A stretch of 64,000 bases of DNA from a virus. Each line of letters opens with the position of its first letter. Position 1 is the first letter of the stretch. The translations under genes were made by a program, and so were the position numbers. Below, in pieces: positions 26,907 through 37,299 of the stretch. The stretch is from IMG/VR virus record IMGVR_UViG_3300042503_001836, positions 1 to 64,000 of that record. One strand, written 5' to 3'. Below the pieces are notes generated by a model. That model saw only the letters and a list, made by a program, of their open reading frames with translations. It had not been told where the DNA came from and made no database searches.

Positions 26907-27149
26907 ATGTTAAAAGCAAGATTGAAAAAAGATTTTGTTGATGAAAGAACAACAAGACTAAATCAAAGGGAAGAATCAGTACAGGTATCATTAGTATGTA
27001 TTCCCCAAGGATCTGAAGTACAGCTAAATTGGACAGGTGCAGATTTAGCAGAAGAAGGTATTCTTGGGAATATTTGTGAAATTGTATATCAGGATACAGT
27101 TGCTTACATTGATTTTGATTTTTTGGAAGTAATTGGTATCATGGATTAA
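26907..27149 (+). CDS. Hypothetical protein
   Basis: ATG 4 nt after the last GGATTGAAAC (alternative TTG start at 26874 inside the repeat). Confidence 0.6.
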   Translation: MLKARLKKDFVDERTTRLNQREESVQVSLVCIPQGSEVQLNWTGADLAEEGILGNICEIVYQDTVAYIDFDFLEVIGIMD

Positions 27150-27170
27150 AACATTAAAACAGAAAATACC

Positions 27171-27308
27171 ATGACCAATTTTGAATTGTTCCTTTATGGT
27201 TTTGAACGGATTGCTTTAGTAGCTAAATGCTGGGTTAAACTACTAAATGATAAATTAAGCAGAGATGACTTTTTCAACAATTTAAAACCATTTAACGGTA
27301 AGATATGA
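27171..27308 (+). CDS. Small protein (45 aa), paralog of the next ORF
   Basis: MTNFELFLYGFERIALVAKCWVKLL...; below the ORF-track size cutoff. Confidence 0.6.
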   Translation: MTNFELFLYGFERIALVAKCWVKLLNDKLSRDDFFNNLKPFNGKI

Positions 27309-27457
27309 CAAACTTTGAACGTTTTATTTACGGATTTGAACGTTTATGTATGGCAACTAAAGCCTGGGTTAGTTTGCTAACTAAAGAAGAAACTGATGAC
27401 ATAAACCACAAAATGTTTTTCTTTTTGTACTTACAGCCATATAGCTGGGATAAGTGA
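27305..27457 (+). CDS. Small protein (50 aa), paralog of the previous ORF
   Basis: MTNFERFIYGFERLCMATKAWVSLL...; ATGA coupling; terminator follows. Confidence 0.6.
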   Translation: MTNFERFIYGFERLCMATKAWVSLLTKEETDDINHKMFFFLYLQPYSWDK

Positions 27458-27563
27458 AAAATTAAACTTAAAAAAACTCCCTAATAAGTAAGGAGTTTTT
27501 TATTTGTTAAAACAAGAAATGATAACTTAACATTTGATCATAAATAATTTAAAGGCGTTAATC

Positions 27564-27785
27564 ATGAGTAATTATCCAAAATCTTTAGAAGGAAAAAGTT
27601 GCGCTAGTTGCCAATATTTAATTCCTGTTTTTTGTCATCCATGGAATAAAGAAATTGGCAAAGGGAAAGTCAGTCAGCAACTGGGGTTTGTTTGTACTTT
27701 GTTCCAAAAAGACAGCAATGCGTCTATATTTTTAGAAGTAAACACGGGTATTTGTGAGTGTTATACCTTGAAAGACCCTTTTTAA
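27564..27785 (+). CDS. Small Cys-rich hypothetical protein
   Basis: CASC, C, CEC motifs. Confidence 0.5.
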   Translation: MSNYPKSLEGKSCASCQYLIPVFCHPWNKEIGKGKVSQQLGFVCTLFQKDSNASIFLEVNTGICECYTLKDPF

Positions 27786-27840
27786 TTGCCAAAATATAAA
27801 ATAAAACATATACTGATTGAAACATTAAAATATTTGACCT

Positions 27841-28080
27841 ATGCCTGGTAAAATGGCGTGGCTATCATCCACATTTGGAGACAGCACTAAAATATTATTT
27901 CTACAGCCTGACCCTACACAGCCCTTTAGACCCTATACAGTATTCCCTCACCTCAAAATACCTGATCATAAAATCCAAGGTGGCAGCAAAGGCTGGGCGA
28001 CCTATCAGAAGTTGTTTAAGTGTGGTTGGGAACTGGTAGCGAGTGACAAAGTAAGAGCAAGTGAAAAAGACTATGAATAA
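27841..28080 (+). CDS. Small cyanobacteria-type hypothetical protein
   Basis: RPYT.FP...PD...GGSKGWATYQKL...GW. Confidence 0.65.
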   Translation: MPGKMAWLSSTFGDSTKILFLQPDPTQPFRPYTVFPHLKIPDHKIQGGSKGWATYQKLFKCGWELVASDKVRASEKDYE

Positions 28081-28261
28081 CCTAAAAATAGAGCAACAAT
28101 TCCAGATAGCATCTTTTAAACAGCAAGTAGCACAAATGTCTAGGGAACAGTCTCAAGACCTCTTAGTTAAACTGTATGAACAGATGCTAGTACAAGAAGT
28201 AACATACAAACAATTACTAAAGCATCAATGGGGTTTAGCTGATGCTATTAAAACAGAATAG
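28073..28261 (+). CDS. nblA: Phycobilisome degradation protein NblA
   Basis: L..EQQF.I.SF..QV.QMSREQ.QD.LVKLYEQM......YK.LLKHQWGL. Confidence 0.93.
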   Translation: MNNLKIEQQFQIASFKQQVAQMSREQSQDLLVKLYEQMLVQEVTYKQLLKHQWGLADAIKTE

Positions 28262-28295
28262 GATAATAAAAGCACTTATTATAAGTGCTTTTATT

Positions 28296-28910
28296 TTAAT
28301 CAACCGGGTTAGTACCATAGAAAAATTTATCACTATTTTCTGATGCCCACTTACCAGAAGATTCGCTCTTGTACTTGTGAGTATGTATTTTGTAACCTGG
28401 ATTACCTGCTAGGGGTTCAGTTATAAAACTCGGATCAAACCAAACTATCCTGTTATTTGGTTGTATGGCAAAACAACCGTTATCTAATTTTAAAACATGA
28501 CCGCATTTATGCTCACTTGGATCTTCTGCCCAGTCTCCACTGATCCAATCAATAGTAAACATATATTCACCACCGTACCATTTCCCGTCTTTGAGAATAG
28601 TTTTACAGCGTAGTTCATGAAGATATGAATAAGCTATTGCACAGGGTTCATAACTTAGGCAATCCCACAATTGCAACCAATCCAATGGTAGTTGATCACA
28701 GTCCTCTTTCCAAACTAAGGCATGAATTGGGACTCTAGCAAATTGCGCTCCTTGATTCGTCATTAAATTGAAACCGACAGATCGGCCAGGAATAGAAGTC
28801 ATGCCAAACACTCGTACGGGAACAAAGCCTGTTTGTTGCACGTCCCAATCGTAAAGAAATGACTTGTTAATCAAACATTTAAAATGAGGAATATCAATAC
28901 TAAAAGTCAT
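28296..28910 (-). CDS. Conserved phage hypothetical protein
   Basis: 204 aa; LQLWDC.SY, YMFTIDW, EHKCGH, QPNNR motifs. Confidence 0.75.
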   Translation of the reverse strand: MTFSIDIPHFKCLINKSFLYDWDVQQTGFVPVRVFGMTSIPGRSVGFNLMTNQGAQFARVPIHALVWKEDCDQLPLDWLQLWDCLSYEPCAIAYSYLHELRCKTILKDGKWYGGEYMFTIDWISGDWAEDPSEHKCGHVLKLDNGCFAIQPNNRIVWFDPSFITEPLAGNPGYKIHTHKYKSESSGKWASENSDKFFYGTNPVD

Positions 28911-29022
28911 AATTACGTTATTGCAAAATAAATATTATTATACCTGTAATGTGTCTAAACAGAATGATTACAAAAATACCCATCAACACATAGCTGATGG
29001 GTATTTTATTGCTGTTTAATGA

Positions 29023-29310
29023 TTAAACATGATTGATAGCAAATATCAAGTTTTCTAAGATAGCTTTGCTAAGGCCTATATCATTAATGTTAACTTTAAT
29101 TGGGATTGCTTCAACACCATCGCCTGTCATATTGATAAATATGTGCTGCATTTCCTCATCATAACCTAATTTAATACCTATAGGTTTATGATAGTGAAAC
29201 CAAGTGCCATGGTTGCTGTACCAAAAATCATTGTTAGCATTTAAAATACTTTCTAAAGCATACAGATTTAATTTGAAAGGTACGGGTAATTTGTCAGTTG
29301 CTATTGCCAT
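29023..29310 (-). CDS. Hypothetical protein
   Basis: GAGGA upstream; terminator downstream. Confidence 0.6.
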   Translation of the reverse strand: MAIATDKLPVPFKLNLYALESILNANNDFWYSNHGTWFHYHKPIGIKLGYDEEMQHIFINMTGDGVEAIPIKVNINDIGLSKAILENLIFAINHV

Positions 29311-29373
29311 ACCTAATAATTCCTCAAAATCAATTTTTAATTTTTCACGTTTCTATTCTGATCCTATTAAGAT

Positions 29374-29721
29374 TTAACCAAGAATATCTAAAATCTTTTG
29401 CAGTTGCAGACTATCTAAACGATTAAGAAATCCTTTGTCTACCTTAGTCTTAATTTCAGATTTTAATTGCTGCTTTTCAATATCCTTAACTAATTCTGGA
29501 CTAGCAATAACAGCTTCATATTTGAAAGATTCGCTTGCGACTTGATTACCTCCATCTTTCTGAAATTTCTTCCCGTCGGCTAAGATTACCTGTGTTTTAG
29601 TAATGCGATCAACCTTACATAGTTCCCAATTGTGGCTGTTGGAATAACATGACGCATTTTTTAGTTTAATTGCCAAGACATCACCTACGACTACACCGCT
29701 TAAATCAGTAGAATACTTCAT
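29374..29721 (-). CDS. Hypothetical protein
   Basis: VGD...KVDRITKTQV pattern; AAAGGGTAAAACAA leader. Confidence 0.65.
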   Translation of the reverse strand: MKYSTDLSGVVVGDVLAIKLKNASCYSNSHNWELCKVDRITKTQVILADGKKFQKDGGNQVASESFKYEAVIASPELVKDIEKQQLKSEIKTKVDKGFLNRLDSLQLQKILDILG

Positions 29722-29742
29722 TTGTTTTACCCTTTGTATTAA

Positions 29743-29955
29743 TCATTCTGAAAATTCAAAACTTTTACTGCCTAATTCTTCAAAAATTTCATAGGCTGTC
29801 TTTAGACCCACATCATAACTTTGTCTGTTGAATCTGGCCTGCCTCCAACCCATGGCTTTAATTCTATTTTTAGGTACAGGTAAGCCAGCATTAAAATCGG
29901 CATAACCTTGGCTAAAAAGATGATCAATCTTGTTTTTTGTTGCTGTGTTTGTCAT
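29743..29955 (-). CDS. Hypothetical protein
   Basis: GAGGA RBS within the end of the upstream gene. Confidence 0.55.
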   Translation of the reverse strand: MTNTATKNKIDHLFSQGYADFNAGLPVPKNRIKAMGWRQARFNRQSYDVGLKTAYEIFEELGSKSFEFSE

Positions 29956-29957
29956 AT

Positions 29958-31984
29958 TCAATAATTCCTCAAAATCAATTCTTTACAACCTTCCCGACTG
30001 CCTAATTTACAGGCAATATTTCGACTTGCTGACACTTCTGTTTTTTGCAAAAAGTGTAAATCATCCCAGTAGTTAGTATTGCTACTGCTCAAGATTATTT
30101 TAGCTTCTTTGCTATTTTGCAACCTGATAAACTCAGCCAGCATTAAGTTATCAGCCAGACCCCATCCATCTTTACCATATCCCACAAAATTAGCTGTGTG
30201 ACTTGCTGGTATATATGGCGGATCTAAATAAACCAAAGTATCACTATCAATAAAAGCAGAACACTCTTGATAGTCGCTTGACTTGATAAACACATTGCGT
30301 AGTTTTTCTGAAACTAACTCAAGGTTGTGGCTATCACATATAAGAGGATTGTCATATTTACCAAAAGAAGTATTAAAGCCACCATCAGATTTTCTCACCC
30401 TCCATAAACCATTAAAGCACGTTCTGTTTAAAAAGATAACAATAGCTGCACGGATAACATGATTAGTAGAATAACCATCATAATTAAAAGTTTTAGCTTC
30501 CACATTAAACTTTTGCCGCACAGCCTCAAAATACTTTCTGCGGTCGTCATCTGACCTCTGAAGGTAATCATCTTGAACTTTAGTCAGAATACTAATTAAC
30601 CGAGTAACATCCTGTTGAATGACTTTATAAGTGAGCATTAAATCCAGGCTATTATCGTTAATTAGCACCTCCTGAATATTGTCCTCACTATTAAGTAAGT
30701 GGAACAATAAAGCTCCGCCACCAACAAAGGGTTCACAGTATTTATAGAACTTAGGTAGGTCTAGTGTGAGAGCATTTAATAGCTGTGTCTTACCACCTGC
30801 CCATTTTAAGAAAGGCTTTGCTCTTGAATTAGTTTTTATCACAGATTTGTTCTCCTGTTTTATCTCTAATGCAGTTGTTTTTATCGTATGTTCTAATACT
30901 GGAAGCTTAATGTCTAAATAACTACTAACATTCTGAGGATTTTTATTTTTCCTAGGTTTGAAAACGGAATCTTCATAAGGTAAGTTCAATATTCTCTTAT
31001 GTTCTGATACTATCCAATCATTTGTATATGTTTCAGGATAGCAAAAATCATCTTTTAATTTTTCCTCTATTTCTGTAATCTCCTCTTGAGTAATATAACC
31101 AAGATTTAGTAGCTTTTGTTTATCTAGTTTTTTCCATATACTTCTGCGGTCTTCTATATAAATAGCCCCAAAGTTTTTAGTCTTTTTACTGTGTATTCGT
31201 CTACAGTTTCTTAACTTTTCTAAAACCTCTCTAAATTCTAATGCGTTTTCCCGTGTTTCATCTTTTTTTAATGTATTAATAGTGATGACTGGACACATTA
31301 AGCAACCCATTCTTAAACTCCCCTTCTCATCTGTAGCTTGTGAGTAAGTTGATTTCATTAGATTAAAAACACCATCATACAAAACTGTCCCATCAGCATA
31401 AAATATTAAATCCCAGACATCACAGTTTCTCAAATTAATAATAGGATCATGTGAGTTTTTTATTTTATCAATACCACATTCACCTGTATTACATGGTGTT
31501 TGTAGTCTAGTGTCTCTAGAAGAGCTTTCTCCTAAATGTCTTCCTGTTAATGCTTGACTGCCTTGTTTCTTTCTTTTGTTTTGTGGAGATACTTTGAGAT
31601 AGTTTGTACACCACCTGTTACGCCAATCTGGTACAGGATACCCTTTGACAAACTGGTAATACCAATAGCTATAATCGGGATCTAATTTATAGAAATTTAC
31701 AATACCTTGTAAAAAATTTTCTATTCTACTTATTACTGTATAAAGAGATTTTGTTTCTAATCTTGTATCAGCAAATAGCACTTCAAAATTATCTGTGTTC
31801 TTATTATATAATTTCTTCCAAAGCAAAAATACTATAAGTAGTGCATGGGAATCTTTACCACCACTAAAAGCAAGATGGTATTTGTTACAAGGACTCAGAT
31901 TGTCAATATATGTGATAGCATCTAAAACTTTAGTTAATAAAGGCAAATCTTCACATTTTAAAATTTTTTTTAATTTATCTATCA
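29958..31984 (-). CDS. Fusion: PAPS-reductase/DndC-like domain plus Dam-family adenine methyltransferase
   Basis: AFSGGKDS, RWCT..LKV.P, RMGCLMC; then KPFLKWAGGK, EPFVGGGA, YLDPPY, all in one frame. Confidence 0.85.
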
Positions 31985-32127
31985 TTTTATTGTACCTTGC
32001 ATCTTTGTGATATTTGATAATTTGATTGTTTATAACAATAACACACTCATGATTTAATGTCAAGCGTAATCTGGTAAAATACTAAAATATGTTGTATAGT
32101 ATTTTAAAATGTTTCTAATGTAAACCA

Positions 32128-32685
32128 GTGCTGAAAATCAAAAAACTGTACCCAGACTCTAAAATCCCTACTCGTGCTTATCCTACAGACAGTGGTTTAG
32201 ATTTATACGCTTATTTACCTGATGGTGAGATCAAGTTATTGCCAGTTATTAGCAAGGGTAAAACAATCACAGTAGAGGACATACCAGGTGAAGGTAGATT
32301 TGTAGATATTGAGGATAGGGTAATTCAACAGTTCTCAGTCACTATTCCCACAGGCATTGCAATAGAACTACCACAAGCTAGAACAATAGTTTTAGAGTCA
32401 GATAATACCCGACGTACTTTAGTTGAAGAAGCTCAAATCCGAGGTAAATCAGGATTAGCAAGTAAGGGAATAGCTGCACATTGGGGGACAGGAGATAATC
32501 CTTATGTGGGTGAATTAAAAGTTATTTTAACTAACATTGGGTCGACGGAACCATTTGTTATTTCTCACGGAATGAAAATAGCACAATTAGTAATTCAAAC
32601 TGTGATAATTCCGGAATTAAAGATAGTGGAAGAATTAGCAAATACAGATCGTGGTGTAAACGGTTTTGGGAGTACAGGAATATAA
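32128..32685 (+). CDS. dut: Trimeric dUTPase
   Basis: DSGLDL, GKSGLA, GTGDNPYVGE, KIAQLV, DRGVNGFGSTG. Confidence 0.92.
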   Translation: MLKIKKLYPDSKIPTRAYPTDSGLDLYAYLPDGEIKLLPVISKGKTITVEDIPGEGRFVDIEDRVIQQFSVTIPTGIAIELPQARTIVLESDNTRRTLVEEAQIRGKSGLASKGIAAHWGTGDNPYVGELKVILTNIGSTEPFVISHGMKIAQLVIQTVIIPELKIVEELANTDRGVNGFGSTGI

Positions 32686-33509
32686 TGTTTCAACCAACAG
32701 CTAAAGTAATTTGTGATTCCGTCAATGTAATGACAGGTGATCGCTTAACAACTATGATTATCAAATATCATCGGTTTATACATAGCGAAATTTTGGCACA
32801 TAGATCACTTTCTCGTAACAGTTCGAGTAGTCGTGCTATACCAATTAATAAACTAATTCAAAACGTAATTGATGACGACGTTTACCCCTTGCATTGGGGT
32901 AAAAACCAAAAAGGTATGCAAGCCTTTAAGGAAATATCAGAATCAGACATTGAGCAAGCTAAGAGATTATGGGAAGTAGCAAGGAATAACGCTATAAATT
33001 CAGCAAGACAACTAGCTGATTTAGGAGTTCATAAACAAGTCGTAAACAGAATATTAGAACCATTTAGCACGATCACCGTCATAGTTTCAGGTACAGAATG
33101 GTCTAATTTTTTTAAACAAAGATGTCATCCTGATGCACAACCTGAAATAAGAATTTTAGCTAATGAAATGTATAATGCTTACAATAATAGCAACCCTAGA
33201 GAACTAGCTGTTGGTGCTTGGCATATACCATTAATAGATGACTGTGATGATTTAATTGGGATTAGCCAAGCATTAAAAATATCTGCGGGTAGGTGCGCTA
33301 GAGTTTCTTATTTAAACCATGAAGGTAAAAGAAACATTGAGGACGATATAGCACTACATGATAAATTATTAAGTTCAAACCCTAAGCACTTATCACCATT
33401 TGAACATCAGGCAGTGCAAACAAAATCAGAATATTTTGGTAACTTTAGAGGCTTTAAACAATACCGTAAATTCATAGAAGAAAATGACCAGACATACCTC
33501 AGATATTAA
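32685..33509 (+). CDS. thyX: FAD-dependent thymidylate synthase (ThyX-like)
   Basis: HRSLSRNSSSSR, HKQVVNR.LEPF, CARVSY, H.SPFEH. Confidence 0.85.
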   Translation: MFQPTAKVICDSVNVMTGDRLTTMIIKYHRFIHSEILAHRSLSRNSSSSRAIPINKLIQNVIDDDVYPLHWGKNQKGMQAFKEISESDIEQAKRLWEVARNNAINSARQLADLGVHKQVVNRILEPFSTITVIVSGTEWSNFFKQRCHPDAQPEIRILANEMYNAYNNSNPRELAVGAWHIPLIDDCDDLIGISQALKISAGRCARVSYLNHEGKRNIEDDIALHDKLLSSNPKHLSPFEHQAVQTKSEYFGNFRGFKQYRKFIEENDQTYLRY

Positions 33510-33798
33510 CAGTCATATCTTCAATATTTCTTATCACCAAATTAGTTTTTATCTACAAGCTAATGGATGGGTACATGAAAAAACGATAGCTGATATAGAT
33601 ATTTACTCACTTGAGTTTGGACAATCAGCTTGTAAAATGCTTTTACCTCATAATGATCAATCTGAAGATTATAAACATAGATTAGCTGATATCTTGTTAA
33701 TTCTTCAAATGACACAATCACCATCTTTAGAAGATATCAGTTGGCAAATTAAAAAATTTTGTACAGACTTTATAACACAGGAACAGACGTATGAATAA
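33484..33798 (+). CDS. Hypothetical protein
   Basis: YLQANGW...LLP....DY motif; lies within the operon. Confidence 0.6.
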   Translation: MTRHTSDINSHIFNISYHQISFYLQANGWVHEKTIADIDIYSLEFGQSACKMLLPHNDQSEDYKHRLADILLILQMTQSPSLEDISWQIKKFCTDFITQEQTYE

Positions 33799-34453
33799 AG
33801 GTAAGTTTATTGTTTTTGAAGGTGGCGAAGGTTCTGGTAAATCGACGCAACTAGAGCTTTTAGCTAAATATTTAGAATTAAAAAATATTCCTGTTTACAA
33901 AACTAAAGAACCCGGTGGAACACAATTAGGAACTAATTTACGAGAGATACTTTTGAGTGATTCAAATATTAGCAAGATATCAGAACTGCTACTGTATGCA
34001 GCAGATAGAGCTAATCATGTTAATCTAATCCAAGACTGCTTAAATAGTGGTTACTGGGTATTATGTGACAGGTTTACATGGTCAACAATGGCTTATCAGG
34101 GTTACGGTACAGGTCATAGTTTAGAAGATATTGAATATCTAAATGATCTAGCCTGTCAAGGGTTAAAACCAGACTGGACAATACTGCTAGACATTAATCC
34201 TAAAGTTGGACTAGCTAGGAAATATCAGCAAGGCGAAACAAATAAGTTTGAAGCTAAAAGTATAGAATTTCACAGCCGTGTTAGGGACGGTTATAGGCTG
34301 CTGTTTCTCAAAGCATTTAATACAAGCGTGGCTAATATATTTTATTGTCAATCAGCCATTAATCCTGATAGACAAATAAGTATAGATGTACTGCATAACA
34401 CAATAATAGGAAATATACCGTTTGAGTTAGTGGAGTGTGCTAGTTTCAAATAA
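33791..34453 (+). CDS. tmk: Thymidylate kinase
   Basis: FEGGEGSGKSTQ, KEPGGT, AADRA.H, CDRF..ST.AYQGYG. Confidence 0.95.
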   Translation: MNKGKFIVFEGGEGSGKSTQLELLAKYLELKNIPVYKTKEPGGTQLGTNLREILLSDSNISKISELLLYAADRANHVNLIQDCLNSGYWVLCDRFTWSTMAYQGYGTGHSLEDIEYLNDLACQGLKPDWTILLDINPKVGLARKYQQGETNKFEAKSIEFHSRVRDGYRLLFLKAFNTSVANIFYCQSAINPDRQISIDVLHNTIIGNIPFELVECASFK

Positions 34454-34823
34454 TTAAAAAGCCACCTGACTGTCAAGTGGCTTTTTGTGTTTACCTTTTT
34501 GCTTTTAATTTTTTACCAATGTTTTTTCTGTAGTACAAATTAAGACAGTGAGGACAAGTTACTTTTTCAATACTACTAGATAAATAAGGAAAAGCACCTT
34601 TCCTATTGCAGGATAGTTCTTTTGAGTAATGGATATTGATTGTCATTTTTATCTCTGTTTTTTTTTCATTATAATTCAATGTCAAGCAAAATATGAATAT
34701 TTATTTTTAGTACAAAAATACTAGCTTGACATATTTGCCTTAAACAGACAATACTGGGAAAACATCCTACACAAAATAATAAAATGTCTCCCCAATCAGT
34801 CAAAATCCTATGGCAGTTAGTGT

Positions 34824-36272
34824 CTAGACTAGAAGCTCAACAGTCACATGACCGTGATCACATACAACACGTTTTACAAGATCCTGAAATAAAATCCGTT
34901 GTTCTTCTACCGTTGCCTGCCTCCAAAGCTGCGGCATAGCTGCATAATGTCTCATTAGTTCATATTTACTATCAAGACCTGTTGATATATTCTCCCGTTT
35001 TAAAGACATCAACAGGTTTTCTAATTTAGTCTGTTTCATCTGAATTGCTTCTTGCAAATCAGGGTCATTAAGTCCTATCAGTTTTTTTATTTGTTGCCTA
35101 ATCTCATCTATTTCCGGCGTTGTTTCCTTTATTTCCTCATGCTGTATAACTTGATTGGCTATTTCATCAGCACGTTGACATAGCGCATTGATAACATAAG
35201 TAATACAATCCTCTATAACTAAGCTATAACTAGCTTTTCTATCACAAGTCGCTAGTTTACCTGGTTCTGGATAAGCATTTTTGCAAAGTAAATAGCTATA
35301 CTTGGTAGTTTCACCTGCCTTAGTTGTGAACTTACTGCTTTGAACACGCATAAAACCACCACAACCAGCACAATATATAAGCCCTATTAACGGGTTTATG
35401 ACGATAGACCTTTTGCGCTTAGTTAGATGTGACTTGTCAAGAATATTACAAATTTCTATATATTTCTCATCTGATAAAATCCGTTCAAACTTATCAGGAA
35501 TAAGCACTCGTTTATTATTATCCTGGTTAAAATAGACTAGGAAACCTCGGAGCATGGGATGTAATAACCACTTCCTAAACCCGCCATGACTATGGGGATG
35601 ATCGGGTATTAATTTTGATTTACTAAATTCAAAACCGTACAGCATATTAAACTTTTTAACAGTACCACTCAATGACCTAGACTGACAGAAATAATCAATC
35701 ATATCTATGGCTACTTGATAATAACTTCTGTTAGATTCTTTATATAAATCATGGTTTATAATCAAAGTGTCATCTACTTTTTTATAACCAAACAAAGCCT
35801 GAAAGACTTTTTCCTGCGCTCTAAAATATTTGACACCTTCCCTAGAATTGTGGATAATCAAATCACGTTCTCTTTCAGCTAAGGCTGATTTTAGTCGTAA
35901 ATTAAACAGGTCATCTGGTTTATCTAATCCAAGTTGGCCACCATCAAGGAAAACAAGAATAACTCCAGTATTTTTTAGTTCCTCCAGTTCTTGCTCAAAA
36001 TGTAGCGATGATCGCGTAAACCTTGAAAAGTAGGGGATAACTAATTTTTTAATTTTCCCAGCCTTGATTAAAGTCAAAACCTTCCGATAATTAACGCGGC
36101 TATCTGAAGCACCACTATCAATATCCCAATAGATTTGGTCATCAGTTAACCCATAATTCCGTAAAGCCTCAATATATCTTTCCAGTCCGTGACCTTCTAA
36201 TTGTTGCCGTTGAGTAGAGACACGGCAGTACCCGACACTATACTTTAAATCCTTATCCTGCATAACTTTCAC
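34824..36272 (-). CDS. Large serine recombinase (integrase-like)
   Basis: YCRVST, DSGA...R, SRFTRS, recombinase domain, CAGC...C...C zinc ribbon, coiled coil. Confidence 0.92.
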   Translation of the reverse strand: MKVMQDKDLKYSVGYCRVSTQRQQLEGHGLERYIEALRNYGLTDDQIYWDIDSGASDSRVNYRKVLTLIKAGKIKKLVIPYFSRFTRSSLHFEQELEELKNTGVILVFLDGGQLGLDKPDDLFNLRLKSALAERERDLIIHNSREGVKYFRAQEKVFQALFGYKKVDDTLIINHDLYKESNRSYYQVAIDMIDYFCQSRSLSGTVKKFNMLYGFEFSKSKLIPDHPHSHGGFRKWLLHPMLRGFLVYFNQDNNKRVLIPDKFERILSDEKYIEICNILDKSHLTKRKRSIVINPLIGLIYCAGCGGFMRVQSSKFTTKAGETTKYSYLLCKNAYPEPGKLATCDRKASYSLVIEDCITYVINALCQRADEIANQVIQHEEIKETTPEIDEIRQQIKKLIGLNDPDLQEAIQMKQTKLENLLMSLKRENISTGLDSKYELMRHYAAMPQLWRQATVEEQRILFQDLVKRVVCDHGHVTVELLV

Positions 36273-36405
36273 CTTTGCTTAGTTAGTTACTTTATTATAT
36301 GCCTAATTGTTACTATACTCTACCCTGGAATCAATTAGGCAGAAAATAAAAAACACTAAACCGTTGAAACGAAAACACAAAATAGACAAAATAAGGTAAA
36401 ATACA

Positions 36406-37299
36406 ATGACTACGATCACACAACCTAACTTAGACCATCTTTATAGAATGTTATCCTCAGACTCAAACAGAGAAACTGAATTTGGTGAACTGTTAATCAA
36501 AATAATAAAGAACCCGGTTATCCCAGTTCTTAGGGAACATCTGTTTCATCCCAGTCCAACACCAAATAAACCAGGACAAAAACAACGACTGCAAACAAGT
36601 CGTTTACCCCAAGAAGTATATGCAAAGGTAAGGGAAGAGTGGACTAAAACAAGCAAGGAACGCAACCTTTACCCTGATTCTCACGGACTATCCTATGATA
36701 TGTTCATGAAAATGCTGCGTGACTTATATGGATGTCAGGATGTGCGTGATCCTGAAATGCCTATAACACGGGAAGCTGTAAATCATTTAGTTCATACTGG
36801 AAATCCCTGGACTAAATCAAAATCGGCAGTCACAGTCCAGGATTACAACTTGCAGTTTATCTGCTGTTTTACTCAGACATATACGTTTGATGAGTTAAAG
36901 GAAGTAGGTGAGCGAGTTTTAAAAGAGTATTACAGAATAAAACACTCAGCAACAAAGCCAGGTACTAGCGAACCTATTAGACTGAATTTAGATTTTACTC
37001 CGCCAAAAGCACCAAATCCTGAGACTATTTATTTAAGCCACAGAGGCGAATTGACCAATGATGAAAAGAAAGCTAATAACCTTAGAAGCTTGTTGTGGAA
37101 TACCCTAATTGAGCGTGGCAAGGATTATTTCTTAAGATCCGGTATTTCCGCAGAAGAACTACTCTCTGTCATTACAGAAGAAAATCCATATGTGCGGATG
37201 ACTACTTTTCAAAGCTTGGCTCTATTATTAGATTTATCCTTAGACGAAGTAGTGAAACGACTTGCTAAGGATACTGATAATTTAGACGCTGGTTTCTGA
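36406..37299 (+). CDS. Hypothetical protein divergent from the recombinase, possibly a regulator
   Basis: 297 aa; AAGGT leader; HTH-like helices at the C-terminus. Confidence 0.65.
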   Translation: MTTITQPNLDHLYRMLSSDSNRETEFGELLIKIIKNPVIPVLREHLFHPSPTPNKPGQKQRLQTSRLPQEVYAKVREEWTKTSKERNLYPDSHGLSYDMFMKMLRDLYGCQDVRDPEMPITREAVNHLVHTGNPWTKSKSAVTVQDYNLQFICCFTQTYTFDELKEVGERVLKEYYRIKHSATKPGTSEPIRLNLDFTPPKAPNPETIYLSHRGELTNDEKKANNLRSLLWNTLIERGKDYFLRSGISAEELLSVITEENPYVRMTTFQSLALLLDLSLDEVVKRLAKDTDNLDAGF

